A stretch of DNA of 64,000 nucleotides from Sphaerodactylus townsendi (taxonomy: Eukaryota), in assembly GCF_021028975.2 (NCBI RefSeq), contig NC_059429.1, forward strand, positions 95,728,001-95,792,000, written 5' to 3'. Below, one piece after another: positions 11,022 through 24,339 of this stretch. A program made the position numbers and the translations under genes. The notes beneath the pieces were generated by a model that made no database searches, was not told where the DNA came from, and worked only from the letters and a program-made list of their open reading frames with translations. The stretch's first letter is position 1. The number at the start of each line of letters is the position of its first letter.

Positions 11022-14000
11022 GTCAGTGAAATCCTAAGCAGTTACACCCTGCAAGCCTATTGAATTTAGAGTGGCACCGTATCTATATCTGCTCCATATC
11101 TTTCTAGGAAAAAGAGATTCTTCCATACATATATACATCCATCCCAATATAATAAAATTAAATGAACACCCCTCACTTGAATTGCATTGGGAAGGAAATA
11201 TGATTGCTGGAACTGTTTACATTGAAAAAGGGAGCTTATTTCCAGGTAAATGTGCATTGATCATGGTGCACTGAAACTGACCTCACCTTTAACTACCTAG
11301 GTTGTAAAATATGGGTGCCTTCGGACACAGGTTTCATACATTAACATCTCTCTCCACTTAAAGGAGCTGGCAGTAATAGGAGCAAACCAATAGATAAAAT
11401 GCCTCTCTTTTAACTAAAGCCAGCAGAACACCTCTTAATCAGATCATTTGTCAGGAATGAGAGAAACACCATCCAGTCAGAGTTTCAGCAAGGGCTCTTC
11501 TAACTGCCAGTAGAAGGTGGCAGGTTTCTAATAATTATTTGTGGTACTTGTGTGACATCCTAAAGCCACAAACTCTCCTGGATCCAATTGCTTCACACAC
11601 AGAGATACTGTTAAGGAAAAAAGAGTTGCAACACCATCCATCAAGCAGTGACAAGCCGGAAGAAAATAATATCAGACCAAGGTGATTCAGTCTCATCCAT
11701 CACTAACCTACATTAGGAGCAAAGATTTATCTGAGGACATCACTCACTCTGTAGTTACATCTATTTGCCACGAGTTGCAAGTGCTTTCTGAACAAGGGGG
11801 CAGGACCAAGTTATCTTTGTGTCTAGAGCTGCAGGATATTAGGGCTCCAGTTTCCTCGCCTCTCCTCACTTCAGCTTACTGCACTGGTCACAGAAGATGA
11901 GTCTGAACTTAGTTCCCAGTTCCAAGTACTTTATTCACATTTCCTACTTCCTTATTTGTGAATCCAGCCACAACTTTTGAGGGTAATTTAAAATTACTAC
12001 ACAAATGTACATAAATGTTGTGATTACAACATAATTTTAAAGAAAAGGGTATAGAATGTTACAGCCAAGATACCAAACTGAGTGGATGGTAGGGACCATA
12101 ACATTTCACTCCTGGCCCATCTATGGTAGCTCCCAGATTGTTTTGGGGCCCATCTACTTGCTGCTTCAGCAGCCCTGTCTTCTGCATTTAGGTAACTGGC
12201 AAACTGAGAAAGACCTATTGTTAGGATTTTACAAGTGCCTGCTTCATTCAGTCAAGCAAGAGTTAACTGCTGAAGTTACATGACTAGAATCACATAAGCT
12301 TCTGGAAAGATCTCTCTGCTTTCTTCTTCCAGCAAAAGAGGAGAGGCAAATACATGGTCACATACAGACAGCACAGACACCAGACTGAGCACTTGTATAA
12401 ATAGTGTTTGTGGTTCCTATATTTAGTATACATTAATTTGTTATCTAGTAAAGTTCTACAAAACAGCTCACTCACATTTCTGGTCTATTATTTGCTCTGT
12501 TAATTCATTGCAATACAACACCTATCTTGGCTGTGGCACCAATGCCATGAAATTCTTTTCCATGAGTATTCTTCTGTCAGCTTCCATCAGTGTTTTCTGC
12601 CAGTGGGTGAAAACTTTTTTGTTATGTCTGGTGTTCTCTTTGTGATCACTCCTTCCTAGCCAGTATTATAATTACTGTTTATGTGTTTTGAATATGAGTT
12701 ATTCAGAGAATTCACTTATTCAGAATGGTTCATTATTATTCAGCAAGTTCAAATAGAAACCCTTCCATTAACATGATGCTAGAAGGCCTCTGAGTGTTCA
12801 ATTCTTGCAAAGAACTGCTGAGATACTTGGAAATTATGCCTATGCAATTAATATTTTCAAGTACCGGACAGAACTATATGGGCACTAGGACCCAAATGGA
12901 GAATTCTAAAACAAAGACGGTCCAGCATGTGGTGAATGAAACTACAATTTTGATTTTTGTCTTCTGGTGAGACAGAGTATAGCAAGTGCCTGAATGATGA
13001 GCAGAAACTGGACAGCCAGCCATTATTTCCAAAACTCATCAGTAGCTCATTCCTTGGGACATAAAGCAATGGCAGGTGAGAATTTGGCTTTGTTGTAGCC
13101 CTGGGAGACACAAATTGCAGAGATTGCAATGAAAGGGCAGAAGGGCTATGACGAGCAGTACAAATTTCAGTCTAACCCCATGATTTTCAGAAGCAAGAGA
13201 AATTCTGCACCCTAATCCCAGAGCTTGGAGATGCTCTAATTATAGCAAATTGGCCATCAGTGTTGCTCTAAGCCCCACCACATCTCCTAACGAGCAACTG
13301 AGCTGAATTGTTGTGAAAGGGCTTTGCTGCTTGTACAGCTTCACAGCACAGTCATATGGCTGGCTGCTAAAGAGCTCCATCTCCAAGCCCATAGAGACTA
13401 ACACCTAGCAGATGGGGGAAGGGGGAGTGATTATGTGTGTTTTTAAGATGTGTGTTTATCATGTGTATTTTTACTTTGTTAGTTGACTTTATGACCATTA
13501 TGAAGGCAGAAAGGTAGGGTATAACATATATAAAAATAAAATAAATAAACACCAGGAACATCCAGGAAGCACATCCAATGAGCTGAATAGAACTTTCCTG
13601 CTTTCCTCCTCTCACTGCAGTTTCTGGGGGACAGAAAACCCTGAGGAACAGCAGGAGTGAGACCTGCTGCAGCTGGAAGGCGGAATTATGGAAATTGACA
13701 ATTTAGTTTGAATCCAGCCCAAATGCAGGAAACTATTGAGCTTGATAGTAATAAACACTGGCGATCGGTATCCATTTCAGGGGTATATGATACATATCAC
13801 ATGGATGCTGTGGGAAGTTTGGCCAAGACAAGGTAGGAAACTCTCTCCCAACCTAATCAAAGATGATACAAAGCATTTTTTGCAGCTGTTAACTTGCTTC
13901 TTCAATAGCAGCCGTGGATCCTGTATAACCCTTAGGCTGAACCTCATAGCAGATGATGAACACAATGTCCTTCAAGACCTCAGTTTTCCCATTCAGTGTC

Positions 14001-15029
14001 ACCTTCAACTTGTCTTTCTTTTTCCCCCAAGGTTGACTGGGGTGCAGGGGGATAGTTTCAATAGATGAAACTGCACAGGAATTGGGCCACTTTCCCCTAT
14101 CCTGTACAACCCTGCACACCTGGAATTTACTTTTGAGCAGTGCTAGGGAGACCTGATCACATTTGGCCTAAGGCTTCATCTGTTTTGATTATCTCATAGA
14201 ATGTTGTTTTACTGTGCTGATCCACCCCATCAAATCTAAACAAAAAGAGGAAGAAGCAATTCTTGAAATAAGTAGGGTTTGGGAGAAAAGGTTTCACAGC
14301 AAGTAGCCCAAGATAGCGTGCCTGGTTTTTAAAAAAAACTTATGAACAACAGAGACTAGTAGCACTAATAAGATAAAAACCTATTCGGATATTTGCTATT
14401 GACAGGAATAGACTCACTTACTTTAGCAAAGACCGTCCTATGGTATCCAAGCAGAAATTCAGAATAAAGCAGCTGTGGAGCTGCAGAAAAACCCTCCAGA
14501 GGATGTCTGATTGATTCAAGCTTTACTTCTTTTTTTAATTAGGAAATGTTTAACTCAGATCATATGAATATTCAAAGTGAAGGACAACTATTGCCCATAG
14601 CTAAGCTCATGGTACTATGAGCAAGACATCAAAATGAAGCCAGCTACAAACATGGAAGAGATTTCTGCACATTGTAGCACTGCAATAGTAGCACGTAAAT
14701 TAGAAAAAAAAATAAAAGCCAAGAAGTTGCCCAATGAACACTGAGCATGCTCATTGCCCTTCAGTCACTACAGATTGTTGAGGGCATGTTAAGGGGGGGG
14801 GGAGGGGGTCAGAAAGAGGAGGAATGGAAAACTGGATCTTTTGGAGGGCTGATCAGAGGATAGACTGAAGCAAGCTAAGATTCCATTAATGGATCTCTTT
14901 GATAAAAACGAGACTCAAAGGATGCTAGAGAGTCTTTTATTGAATCTTCTCAGGATCTTTAAAAGCCAGATTACAGATTTGTCAGTCTATATGGCTAGGG
15001 GAACACATTTTTAACCTTTAATGTGCTTC

Positions 15030-15207
15030 ATTTATACCCTGCCTTTCTCCCAAAGGAATCAAAGCAGCTTACATCTTCTTTTTATCCTCACAGTAACAGG
15101 TCAAGAATGTGTTACTAGCCCAAGGTCACCAAGAAAGTTTTCATTGCAGAGTGAAGATTCAGACCTGAGTCTCCCAGATGCTAGTCTAGCATTCTAACCA
15201 CTACACT
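15030..15207 (-). mobile_element. Squam3/MIR-like SINE
   Basis: tttataccctgcctttctccc...ctagcccaaggtcacc...taaccactacac on the plus strand is the reverse of the SINE consensus. Confidence 0.6.
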
Positions 15208-15552
15208 CAAAATCAATATCTTCACATGTGCGCAGCAATAGCCTTTTGAAGGAAAATAAGCATCTTTTGTTTTTTCTTTAAGGACTCATACAGCACAAGT
15301 GAAATCAAGTAAGGGGTGGGTTAAACTCCCTATCTCTTCCACACAGAGCCTTGATCTCTATCTCATTTGGTTTGATTCTAAGGGTCTGCTGAAACTCTGG
15401 GAGAACTGAAGCACTGGCTGCACTAGAATAGCTCTTGTAAAATTCATGTTATGGTAACAGGATATAATCATCCCTGAGGCCACAGAACTGCTGTAAACAT
15501 GCTGTCAAAACCTTGTCATGATAAGGACAGGCAGGAAAATAAGATCTCCGTA

Positions 15553-15925
15553 TTTGTTTGAAACGTTTTTATGTTGCCTCTCCAGAAATCTGCCTAAGTC
15601 AGCTTACAACATCGATATAGTAAAACACACAGAGAGGCACATTAAAAGAAACACAGAAACATTACACACACATTAAAAGATATTAATTAAAATTAAAAGA
15701 TATTAATTAAAATCCAGCATTGAAAACTCAGCCATTGAAACAGACCACTGGCAGCTTAAAATAACAGTTTCCTGGAAACAACATAGGAACCAAGTGAACT
15801 TCAAGAGGAAGGGCATTCAACAAGTGAGGTGCCGCTGCTGAAAAAGCCCTGTTTCTGATTACCACCAACCTCACCCTTGAAGGCAGGGTTCAGAGAGCAG
15901 GACTTGTGAGGCAAATCTTAAGTAG
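15553..15925 (-). mobile_element. L2 LINE 3' end relic
   Basis: aagggcattcaacaagtgaggtgccgctgctgaaaaagccctg and 3' tail pattern typical of reversed L2 ends. Confidence 0.5.
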
Positions 15926-16106
15926 AAAATGTTCTGTGTGGGTCCCATTTTTTTCTACTATTTTTGCAGAATCCATATGAATACCATGAAAAGGAAATTA
16001 CATCAATGTAGGATGGCTCATCTTAAGGCATTAAAAACCTTTATTTCCCCTCAGTACATGAAGACCCTACATCAAGCCAATGTCAAGAATGAGACAAATG
16101 CATGAA

Positions 16107-16323
16107 TAGGGTTGCCAGCTCTAGGTTTGGAAACACTTGGAGATTTGAGGGGTGGAGTCTGAGGGGCAGGGTTTGGTGAGGTGAGGGGCTTGAATGGGGC
16201 ATAATCCCATAGTATCCATCTTCCAAAGTTTCCAATGTCTCTGGGTGAACTGATCTCTGTCACCTGGAGATTAGTTGTAATCCAATGAACTCTCCAGCCA
16301 CCACCTGAAGGTCGGTAACCCTA
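16107..16323. mobile_element. hAT-type MITE with TAGGGTTGCC termini
   Basis: TAGGGTTGCCA...GGTAACCCTA; flanks ATGCATGAA / ATACATGAA (near-perfect 8-9 bp TSD). Confidence 0.75.
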
Positions 16324-18489
16324 ATACATGAATTCCCATTCCCTGTAAAATGAAAGGGAGCTGACCCAAACCACAGATGTATATGCAAGGACAGGGTCTT
16401 TTTAAAAAATACATTTACACATGTTTGCAGAATCCAGGTTGGGTGCATACAAGATTTCTACAAAAAAACTTTGTGCGTTCTGGAAGCAGCTCAGAAAATT
16501 TTATTACCGTATTAAATAACTATTCTTCAATGAATGCAATTACCACCCCTGGCCCATTAATAACTGAGTCATCTATTCTTGAGCCATGACTTTTCATATT
16601 GTTTTTCACTGAAACAAGCAGATTTTTCTGTTTTGTTCATATATTTATCAAGAGAAAGTCCCCAGTGTTGGAATTTCATTACTGTACTTCGTTAGGCTTT
16701 AACATATTCCATAGCTATCATTATAGTTTTTTTAAAAAAAACCTCTCCCTTTTTTAAATCCCAGTAGCAGACTGTACAACTGCTGAGCTAATTTTCTCAG
16801 ACACATCCTGTGAACACTGGCAAGGTTTCCGCAAAGTGGTACAGATTTGCAAAATTTCAAAAACCTGCTTTTTTAACTTCATTAAAGATAAGCAAATGCA
16901 GAAAAACAGACAATAAATAAAGGACTAAGAAAACAATTTATTGGATTAATTGTCCATTTCTCTCAGAACTATATGATGTGTTTCTTATCACATGTACCCA
17001 GAATATATGCACCCTAGAATTTGCTCTATCCCAAACTGTAGCAGGTATTTTCAGAGCATCCACATAACATATTTGTCCATAGGTACTCTTTCCATCACAT
17101 TTGCGGCTTCCATGTGTTTGCCCCAATGTTTGTCAAACCAGCTTGGTTTTGACCTTTCTGACACAACAGTGAAGGGATCTTTGACTAAGCAGGAGCCTCT
17201 ACACAGAGATCCCACCAATTATTCACTGGTACTCTGCCCCTCAGTAAGGTAAGTTTCCTCTGGAAGTGGAAGCAGGTAAGCTTCACACAGCAGGCAGTAG
17301 GGCACCTCCTCATGTGTAAACAAGGGAACGCAAGGAGACCCCACTGCGAAGGCACTGTGGGCTAAGGAGCATTGCGGGAAGCACTCCATGCATAATCGGC
17401 TCCTAATAAAGTGAGAATAGAAATAAAGTTTATTAAAGAGAATGATCAGGTTGTGAAATTAGAAAACAGTCAAAATAACACAAAGTAATCAAATGTCAGC
17501 GCTAGAAAGTTCACTTAGAGAGCTGCTCACTCCAAGCAGTATGACAATCACCTCATTCAGGAGGATGTGAGAGGCCAAAAAATTTGAATGAAAGTAAAAT
17601 ACAAGTGGGTGAGGGGTCTGAGGGAGGGCCCATACATCTGCATAACAAATTATCCAGAAGGCAGGAGGCCAAATTCATTGGACAACATCACAAATGAGAC
17701 CTCAAGCTCAGATGAATGTTTATTTTTTTAGTTTTAGAAAACAATGCTGTTTGAAAGAACTCAGTTCTATCTGGGGACAGATTCTGCTCCTAGTTATAAG
17801 GCAAACAATTGAGCTCATAAACAAAAGCATGGGGAAAGAGAGCAAACAAGGTGAGGGGATCAGGCATGCAGTTTAACTGGCTGAAGGAGAGGGGTGGTTC
17901 AGGGTCTTGCTGAAAGCTCTTATTAAGGGGGAAAGGAGCAGGCAGTGAGGAAGTCTTGGTTTGATCAGTTCAGTGGGGCTTTGGTAGGCATTTCAATAAT
18001 CTAAACTGAATCATTCTGACAGTCTGAGGCAAAACATTTGTAGCAAAGGGAACATTGCTAAACTACTGAGAGTGTTTGATTAATGGTCTGGTGGTCAGAC
18101 AATGGGTAAGGCTATTACATAGAACACCCTATTCTATTCAAGTTAGTCTGATGAGATTAGGTATAGCCCTCCTCATCCTGCTAGTTCTATGCCCTTTGTC
18201 ATGGAAATTATCAGCAATTCTGTTTATTGTCCTATTGAGAAGAGCCAACATAAAAAGTGTGTGGGGGGGGGGGAACGGGGGGGGGGAACTGACATGCAAC
18301 AAATCTTCTAAATCTGATGGGGTGGCATGAGGATGAAGTAGCATTTGTGGACATTTTGTTGTACAGAAACTTACAAAACATTTGCATGATGAACAGGCAG
18401 AAAATATTGATTGGATCATAGTCTATACTAGTCCAGTTTTTATTTTTCATAATGCATGGCAGGAAATAATGTTGCCCAGCATTCAACTG

Positions 18490-18692
18490 TATGTTTGTGT
18501 AAAAAGTACCATCAAATTGCAGCCAATTTTTGGTGACTTCAGCCATGGGCTTTCAAGGCAAGTGAGAAGCAAAGGCGGTTTGCCACTGCCTTCCTCTGCA
18601 GAGTCTTTCTTGGTGGTCTCCCTTCCAAGTACCAATCCTGCTTACCTGCCAAGATCTGAGGAGATCAGGCTACACCCTACTGCCTTCCCTCC
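18490..18692 (-). mobile_element. 5S rRNA-derived SINE (5S-Sauria-like)
   Basis: Minus strand GCCTGATCTCCTCAGATCTTGG...GTACTTGGAAGGGAGACCACC resembles the 5S rRNA body, followed by GAGGAAGGCAGTGGCAAACC tail. Confidence 0.65.
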
Positions 18693-18927
18693 TGTGGTTA
18701 TATATACATATCTATAAACACAGAGAGTATCTGTAGATTTAGAATTTTGATGCAGACAGATCTGGAGTATTTTCAAATCAAGGCAAATTACAATTGATCC
18801 TTCCCATAAAGGAAAGCAGGCAATAGAGTAAATTTGATGCTCAGATTTCTTTGTATATTGATAAACATTAAGGTTAATAGGGACAAAATATATGGAAGAG
18901 GAGAAAAAGCAAAAAGAAGAGGGCAAG

Positions 18928-19194
18928 GAGTTTGAATTTATACCCTGCTTATCTCAACCATAAGGAGTTTCAAAGTGGCATACAAACTCCTTCCCTTCCT
19001 CTCCCCACAACAGACCTTTTGTGAGGTAGATGGAGAGAGTTCTGACAGAACTGTAACTAGCCCAAGTTCACCCAGCAGGCTTCATGTGGAGAAGTGGGGA
19101 AAGAAACCTGGTTCACCAGATCAGGATCATGTGGAGGAGTGGGTAGTCAAACCTGATTCTCCAGATTACAGTCGCTGCTGGTAACCACTACATC
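18928..19194 (-). mobile_element. Squam3-like SINE with duplicated head segment
   Basis: Same body as 2081-2315; two tandem catgtggag-agtgg...aaacctg-ttc-ccagat units. Confidence 0.75.
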
Positions 19195-19398
19195 ATGAAG
19201 CGTCTATCCCGTTTGAAGCGTGGGATTCCATCAACCAGCCTTGGGCAAACCACTACCAATGTATATATCATCATCATCCTGCAAACACAGAGAACATTTT
19301 TTATTATAGTCCAATTGGAGCCCAAAGACTATTTGATATTAACAGTAAATCTGATGCATTTTTATAAATATCAAGGAGTTCTAATATTAATTTATTAA

Positions 19399-20427
19399 CA
19401 GCACAATCCAGAGCTGGCAGGTAGGGATGGCTCCACTCTAGTGCTGCCCCACCCCCCCCCCCCCCCCGAGGGCTTTATCACAGTTTGGGAAACCCTAAAA
19501 AGTAAAAAAAGAAAGAAGGGAAAAATCCCCCATTGCCGGTAATAGAGATCCGCCATGAAAATTGTGGAGCATCTCTGCCAGTAACTTCACCAGTACAAGG
19601 GGTTGATTGGACTCTGGAGGCTGACTAAGGTCACACACCCCAGCCCACCTCCAGAATGCCACCGACCATGCCGGCACAGTGTTTCACGCAAGCGGGCCTG
19701 GATAACAGAGCCAGCTTCCATGCCAGGCACCATGGTAAGTTGCCCCTCCACCAGCACATTTGCCCCTTGTACCTGCAGAAAGGGCATGTGCAGGCTGGGC
19801 GGGGCAGCCAGGGCTAGTGTGCTGCCACAGCAACACGTAGTACTGAGGAGACTCAGAGCCGGTACTGGGCTGCTGACAGTGCAACAAGGAATACAGTCCA
19901 ACGATACCAAGTCCGTGGGAGAGTCCAGAGAGATGTCAGTGAGGCCAGGAGTCAAATGCCAGGAATGTATGCAGCAACAAGGAGAATCCAAGAATCAAGG
20001 TCAAGAAGCTGATCCACAGTCAGCCAGGGTCTGGAGACAGCAGTGTGTATAGGCAAGGTCAGGTAGAACATACTTTTATCCCTCAGAGCTATTTGCTTGG
20101 GACTGCTCCTGCAAAGACTCTGGGTAATGCCTAGCCTGCAGTCTTGCTGAGCGAGGCCTCTCCTTTAAAACCACTCTCAATCTTTTTCTGCAACGCTGAC
20201 TTACATCTGGAGACCCAGAGCTGCAGAATCTTCCTTAGCCCTGCTAATTAGCTCTGAGCCAGAAGCCTGTGCTGGTTCAGGCTCTGCTGATTCAGTTGGC
20301 ATCTCTCTGCGAGGCTCAGTTAACACTTCCTCGGATGAGCTGTCAGAGAGGCCATGACAGGGCATTTCCTCCAGCACAGGGGTGTGCTGGCTCCAGAGAG
20401 GGATCCCCCCTCCTCAGGATTGGGCTG
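19399..20427. mobile_element. TIR element (CAGCMCAATCC termini), probably with a nested insertion
   Basis: CAGCACAATCC / GGATTGGGCTG, flanked by TAA / TTA; much longer than the relative at 10610-11021. Confidence 0.45.
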
Positions 20428-20772
20428 TTAGATTCCTTTGCCACTATCATTTTGGTAAGGTTATTATAGTGATCATTATTTCTTCCTACACCTTAATGGA
20501 GCTTAATGGAGCTATGTCTTCAGTAAGTAAGACAGATCTCAGCGGCATGGTGATATATGAACCCATCATCCCACTGGCATATATAGCTACACTCCTATTA
20601 TGTTCATGTAGGTACCTCTTATTTTTCATGGTAGTTAATGTCACTGCACTTATTTGTGAATAAACTGGCACTTTGGTTCAGAATAAGAGGGGGGGGGTTG
20701 AATCAAAAGCAATCAAGGTACACCCATTCCCTTCCCAGGCTCTTCCACAGACCTTGGAATGTTACCTCAATC

Positions 20773-23363
20773 CAGAGGTGGGATGCAGCCGGTTCTCACC
20801 GGTTCGCGAGGGGGGGTTACTAAAAAATTTTGTGTGCGCGAGGGGGTTACACTGTCGGGTCCGCCAAATCACGAGAGAGCAGTTCTCACCGGCTCCCGAG
20901 GAGGGGTTACTAATCAGGTCCACAAAATGCCGAGAGGGGGTTACTAATCAGGTCTGCTCTGCAAAAAGAGACTTGCAGGCACTGTGCTTCCCATCCCGCC
21001 GGCGCCGCTACCAGCTTCTGTCAAAACTCCAGGAGGCGGAGGCGGAGCCATCCAGAGCACTCTGCTGAGGTGCGTGCTTTTGCCTGCTACCAAGCACCCG
21101 CTTGGCCGCTTCTCGCCGAAACTCCAGGAGGCAGAGCCATGATCCAAGCGCTCAGCACTGCAGTCACGCGGTGCTTTTGCCTGCCACCACCCACTTCCAT
21201 TCCCGCCAAAATTGCGCCACGCTGCACGCACCAGGGCGGCAGCGGCAGAGAAGCGGCAACTGCAGCATAAAGCTCACCCGAGGCACGGGGTGGGAAGAAG
21301 TGAAGGAGAGGGAGGAATTCCGGTGGACACTGGGCTCCAGGCGCTCACCCGGTAGCGCGACCCTGCAAGCCAGCGCTTCTGCAAGGCTTGGTGAGGAGAT
21401 CTCTCTCAATCTGGCAGGAGACGGCGGGGAACTGAGGCAAACGCACTTTATGTAAGCAAAGGTGGTTTTATTTGCTTCTATTCTGAAGCTGCACCAGGAG
21501 CTTAGACTGGAGCACTTGACTCTGTTCTGGATTGCACCTGTTGGTGTGGTAATCTTCTGTAGGGTTCAGACTCCCGCCCTCTTGTTTTCTGGAGCAGCTG
21601 CAGCAGAGGGGCTCGGGAAAGAGCCTGTATCCTTGCGCGCATGAGGAGACCTCCTAGGCAGCAAGCGGATCCGAGATAAGCCCCAAAAGAGATGGGACGC
21701 AGGCTTGCAGCTGGGAAGGTTGGAAGCAGTCGGAGCCTCAAGCAGAACCGTGGGTGGGGTGGCGGAGCGGAGGGAGGGAGGGCCTGGCTGGGAGGGGAGT
21801 CGGCTTTGGGTCGTCCCCCACCCCTGTTGTCAGAAGCCAGAACGCATGACCGAGAACACCGTCCGAGAAACCCTCTCCAAGTAATGGGTAAGCTGGCAGG
21901 AATCCCACAGAGCTCACTTTAACAGGCAGTGCAGCTGACGCATACCGAAGGCTCTCCCCCCCCCCCCCGAAAACTTCTGCTCCAGGACCTTCCTGCAAAA
22001 AAAAAAGTCACTTTGCTCATGGTGAAACGTTTCCGTTGGAATGTTTATTCTGCGGCTAGTGCAGTTTCAAAGGGTACTTGTATTTCCCACTTAGCACAGG
22101 AGTTTTCTGGTGACCTGGTCATCCAGCAATCACTTTGGGGGGAACCTGTTACCCCTGGTTGCAGCTTTTGTTGGAGTTGTGGCATTAGAACTAACAAAGC
22201 TGGAGCTTGTCCAAAATGGCTCACGGGTGCCGGGTCCTGAGATGCGATATAGCAAGGCTGAGGGGCAAGGTGGAGAGGCTGCCCTGAAAAAACCACCACC
22301 CCCCTAATTCCCACCATGGTTTGCCACCTCACAGACTGCTTGCAGGATCATTGGGCAAGAGCGAAAGTGCCAGGCAGCAACCTGGCTGCAAACAAGACAC
22401 CAGGTCAAGTTTTGCCCGTCTTAAGTTGGAGAATTATGAGGACGAGATGTTTTCAAGGATCAGCAGCTCGCTTGATTTGAGGGAGAATTCACCATTCCAG
22501 AAAGGCTGTAGCTAAGGTGGGACCATGGGTGCACTGCAGCCCCACCAAGGGCTCTCAATTCCCCCCGCCCCCCAGGCCCCATGTGCAACGTGATAGCTTC
22601 TCTCTTGTAGAAAATGTGTTAAAGGTAGAAAAGGCCTGTTTCTGTCCTTTGAATGTACATCCTATTCAACTCACTGACAACAGTTGGCTTGCACTGGAGA
22701 AGGATTCTTAGCTGGAGTTTGCTGCGTGTGTTTGTTAGTTTTTCTTTCATGTTCCGCTGGCTTTCCTCAGATCTCCGCTTCAGTTACTGTTACCTCCTGT
22801 TACACTTGTAACCTTTTCATTACAAGTGATCCGAGTTTCATTTACATTACTGTAAAACGTTTTGCGGAGATCGGATCTCCCCCGCTTCCCTCTCATTAAA
22901 GAGGAAGGGGTTTTATTCAAGTGAATCTGCTTATTGTGATTAGGGTTCTCAACTAACACTCAGCATCCAGAACAAAGAGTCCGTGCCAGAGGTGGGATCC
23001 AGCAGGTTCTCACAGGTTCCCGGGAGTAGGTTCCTCATTATTTGTGTGTGCCGAGAGGAGGGAGGTTACTAATTGGTGATTTTTGCCTTAGTTACGCCCC
23101 TCCTCTCAGCAGTAGCACGCAGAACTTGAAGCAGTCTAGCAGGAGGTGCATCAGCGTGCGTGGCAGCTTGCGCCTGCGTGTATACGTTTCCTGCCCAAGG
23201 ACCAGCGCAGCAGCTGTGTCCTTGCCACAGCCCCGCCCAGGAATACCCTGCCCAGGAATGCCTGGCCACGCCCACGTCATGCCCAGCCCCATTGGCGCTA
23301 TGCCACAGTTTGAATCTCACCACCATGGGAACCTGTTACTAAAATTTTTGGATCCCACCACTG
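20773..23363. mobile_element. Composite 2.6 kb non-autonomous hAT element with cargo
   Basis: Left TIR CAGAGGTGGGATGC at 20773, right TIR GGATCCCACCACTG ending 23363; exact 8-bp TSD CCTCAATC at 20765-20772 and 23364-23371. Confidence 0.88.
22987..23363. mobile_element. hAT MITE forming the right end of the composite element
   Basis: Starts CAGAGGTGGGATCCAGCAGGTTCTCACAGG; closely similar to 3205-3596 but lacks its own TSD (left flank GTCCGTGC). Confidence 0.9.
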
Positions 23364-24339
23364 CCTCAATCCCTTTGCCTTGTGTGTTTTAAGTGCCATT
23401 AGGTCACTTTTAATTCAAGTGAACTCATGCTGTCCTGCAAAGCAGCAGTCTGTTTCATCTCTATGATAACTGATCCATGTGCAAAAGTTCATGGTCATGC
23501 AATCATGGATTGTTGTTTGACAGAGTAATATTCTATCATGTATTATCACATTTATCTTTCAGTTGTTCATTTTCCTGAGCTGTTTCTCCTTCAGATGCTC
23601 TCTCTCTTTCATTCAAGAAACTGGTCTGTCATGTTTTTTTAAAGATCTCTTCAGTTCATGTTGCTAAATGAATTGAGTACAGATATGATGACCGCGCTCT
23701 TCTGTGGTCTCCAGGAAGTATAAATGGTGAGTTCCATCCGAAGCTTTGTGCGGGGGACAGAAAATTGTTTTGCAGCAGTGTCTTTATTCTTCCCACCCCA
23801 CAAATACTTTGGTTGGATCTCCAATAAATAAAATACAGCTTCAGAGAAACAATCTTAAAAGAAGCATGAGTCACTAGCTGTTATCAATGTGCCAAATACT
23901 AAACTATCACAGGCATCATCTATTTTACAGCAGAACAGGGCAGTAAAACGCTAAAAGATCACAAGAAGGAAAATGTTTCTTCTAGCAAAGATCAGTATTT
24001 CTCAGCTTTTCCCTGTACGTCAACAAAAAGTTCAAACTTTTGCCCCCAGTCTAATAGCTTTCCAGAATGGAAAACACAGTATGCAAGATTCTTTCAACAG
24101 CTGCACATACAGCAGAACAAAACAGAGGGTCAGTCATCCTGGAGATGAGGAAACTGTATAATTTGAAGCTGAGTAAAAACTTCAGTTGATGCAAAAATTA
24201 TGGCATTCTGAAGGGAAAGGAAAAACAACAAGGGATACCAGTTCAAGGTTGTGTGCTGTACGCCTGTGTGTGTAAATACATCCATAGAAATCAGTTCTGA
24301 TAAAATAAAAACATCAATATTTAGTACTCCAGCTAATCG

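Noticed and set aside
17420-18480. Possible very old LINE RT relic on the minus strand
   Set aside because: Only faint similarity (KNKNWTSIDYDPINI); not supportable without an HMM search
18580-18680. 5S rRNA-like sequence (also 28040-28100)
   Set aside because: Degenerate and fused to a SINE tail, so not a functional rRNA gene
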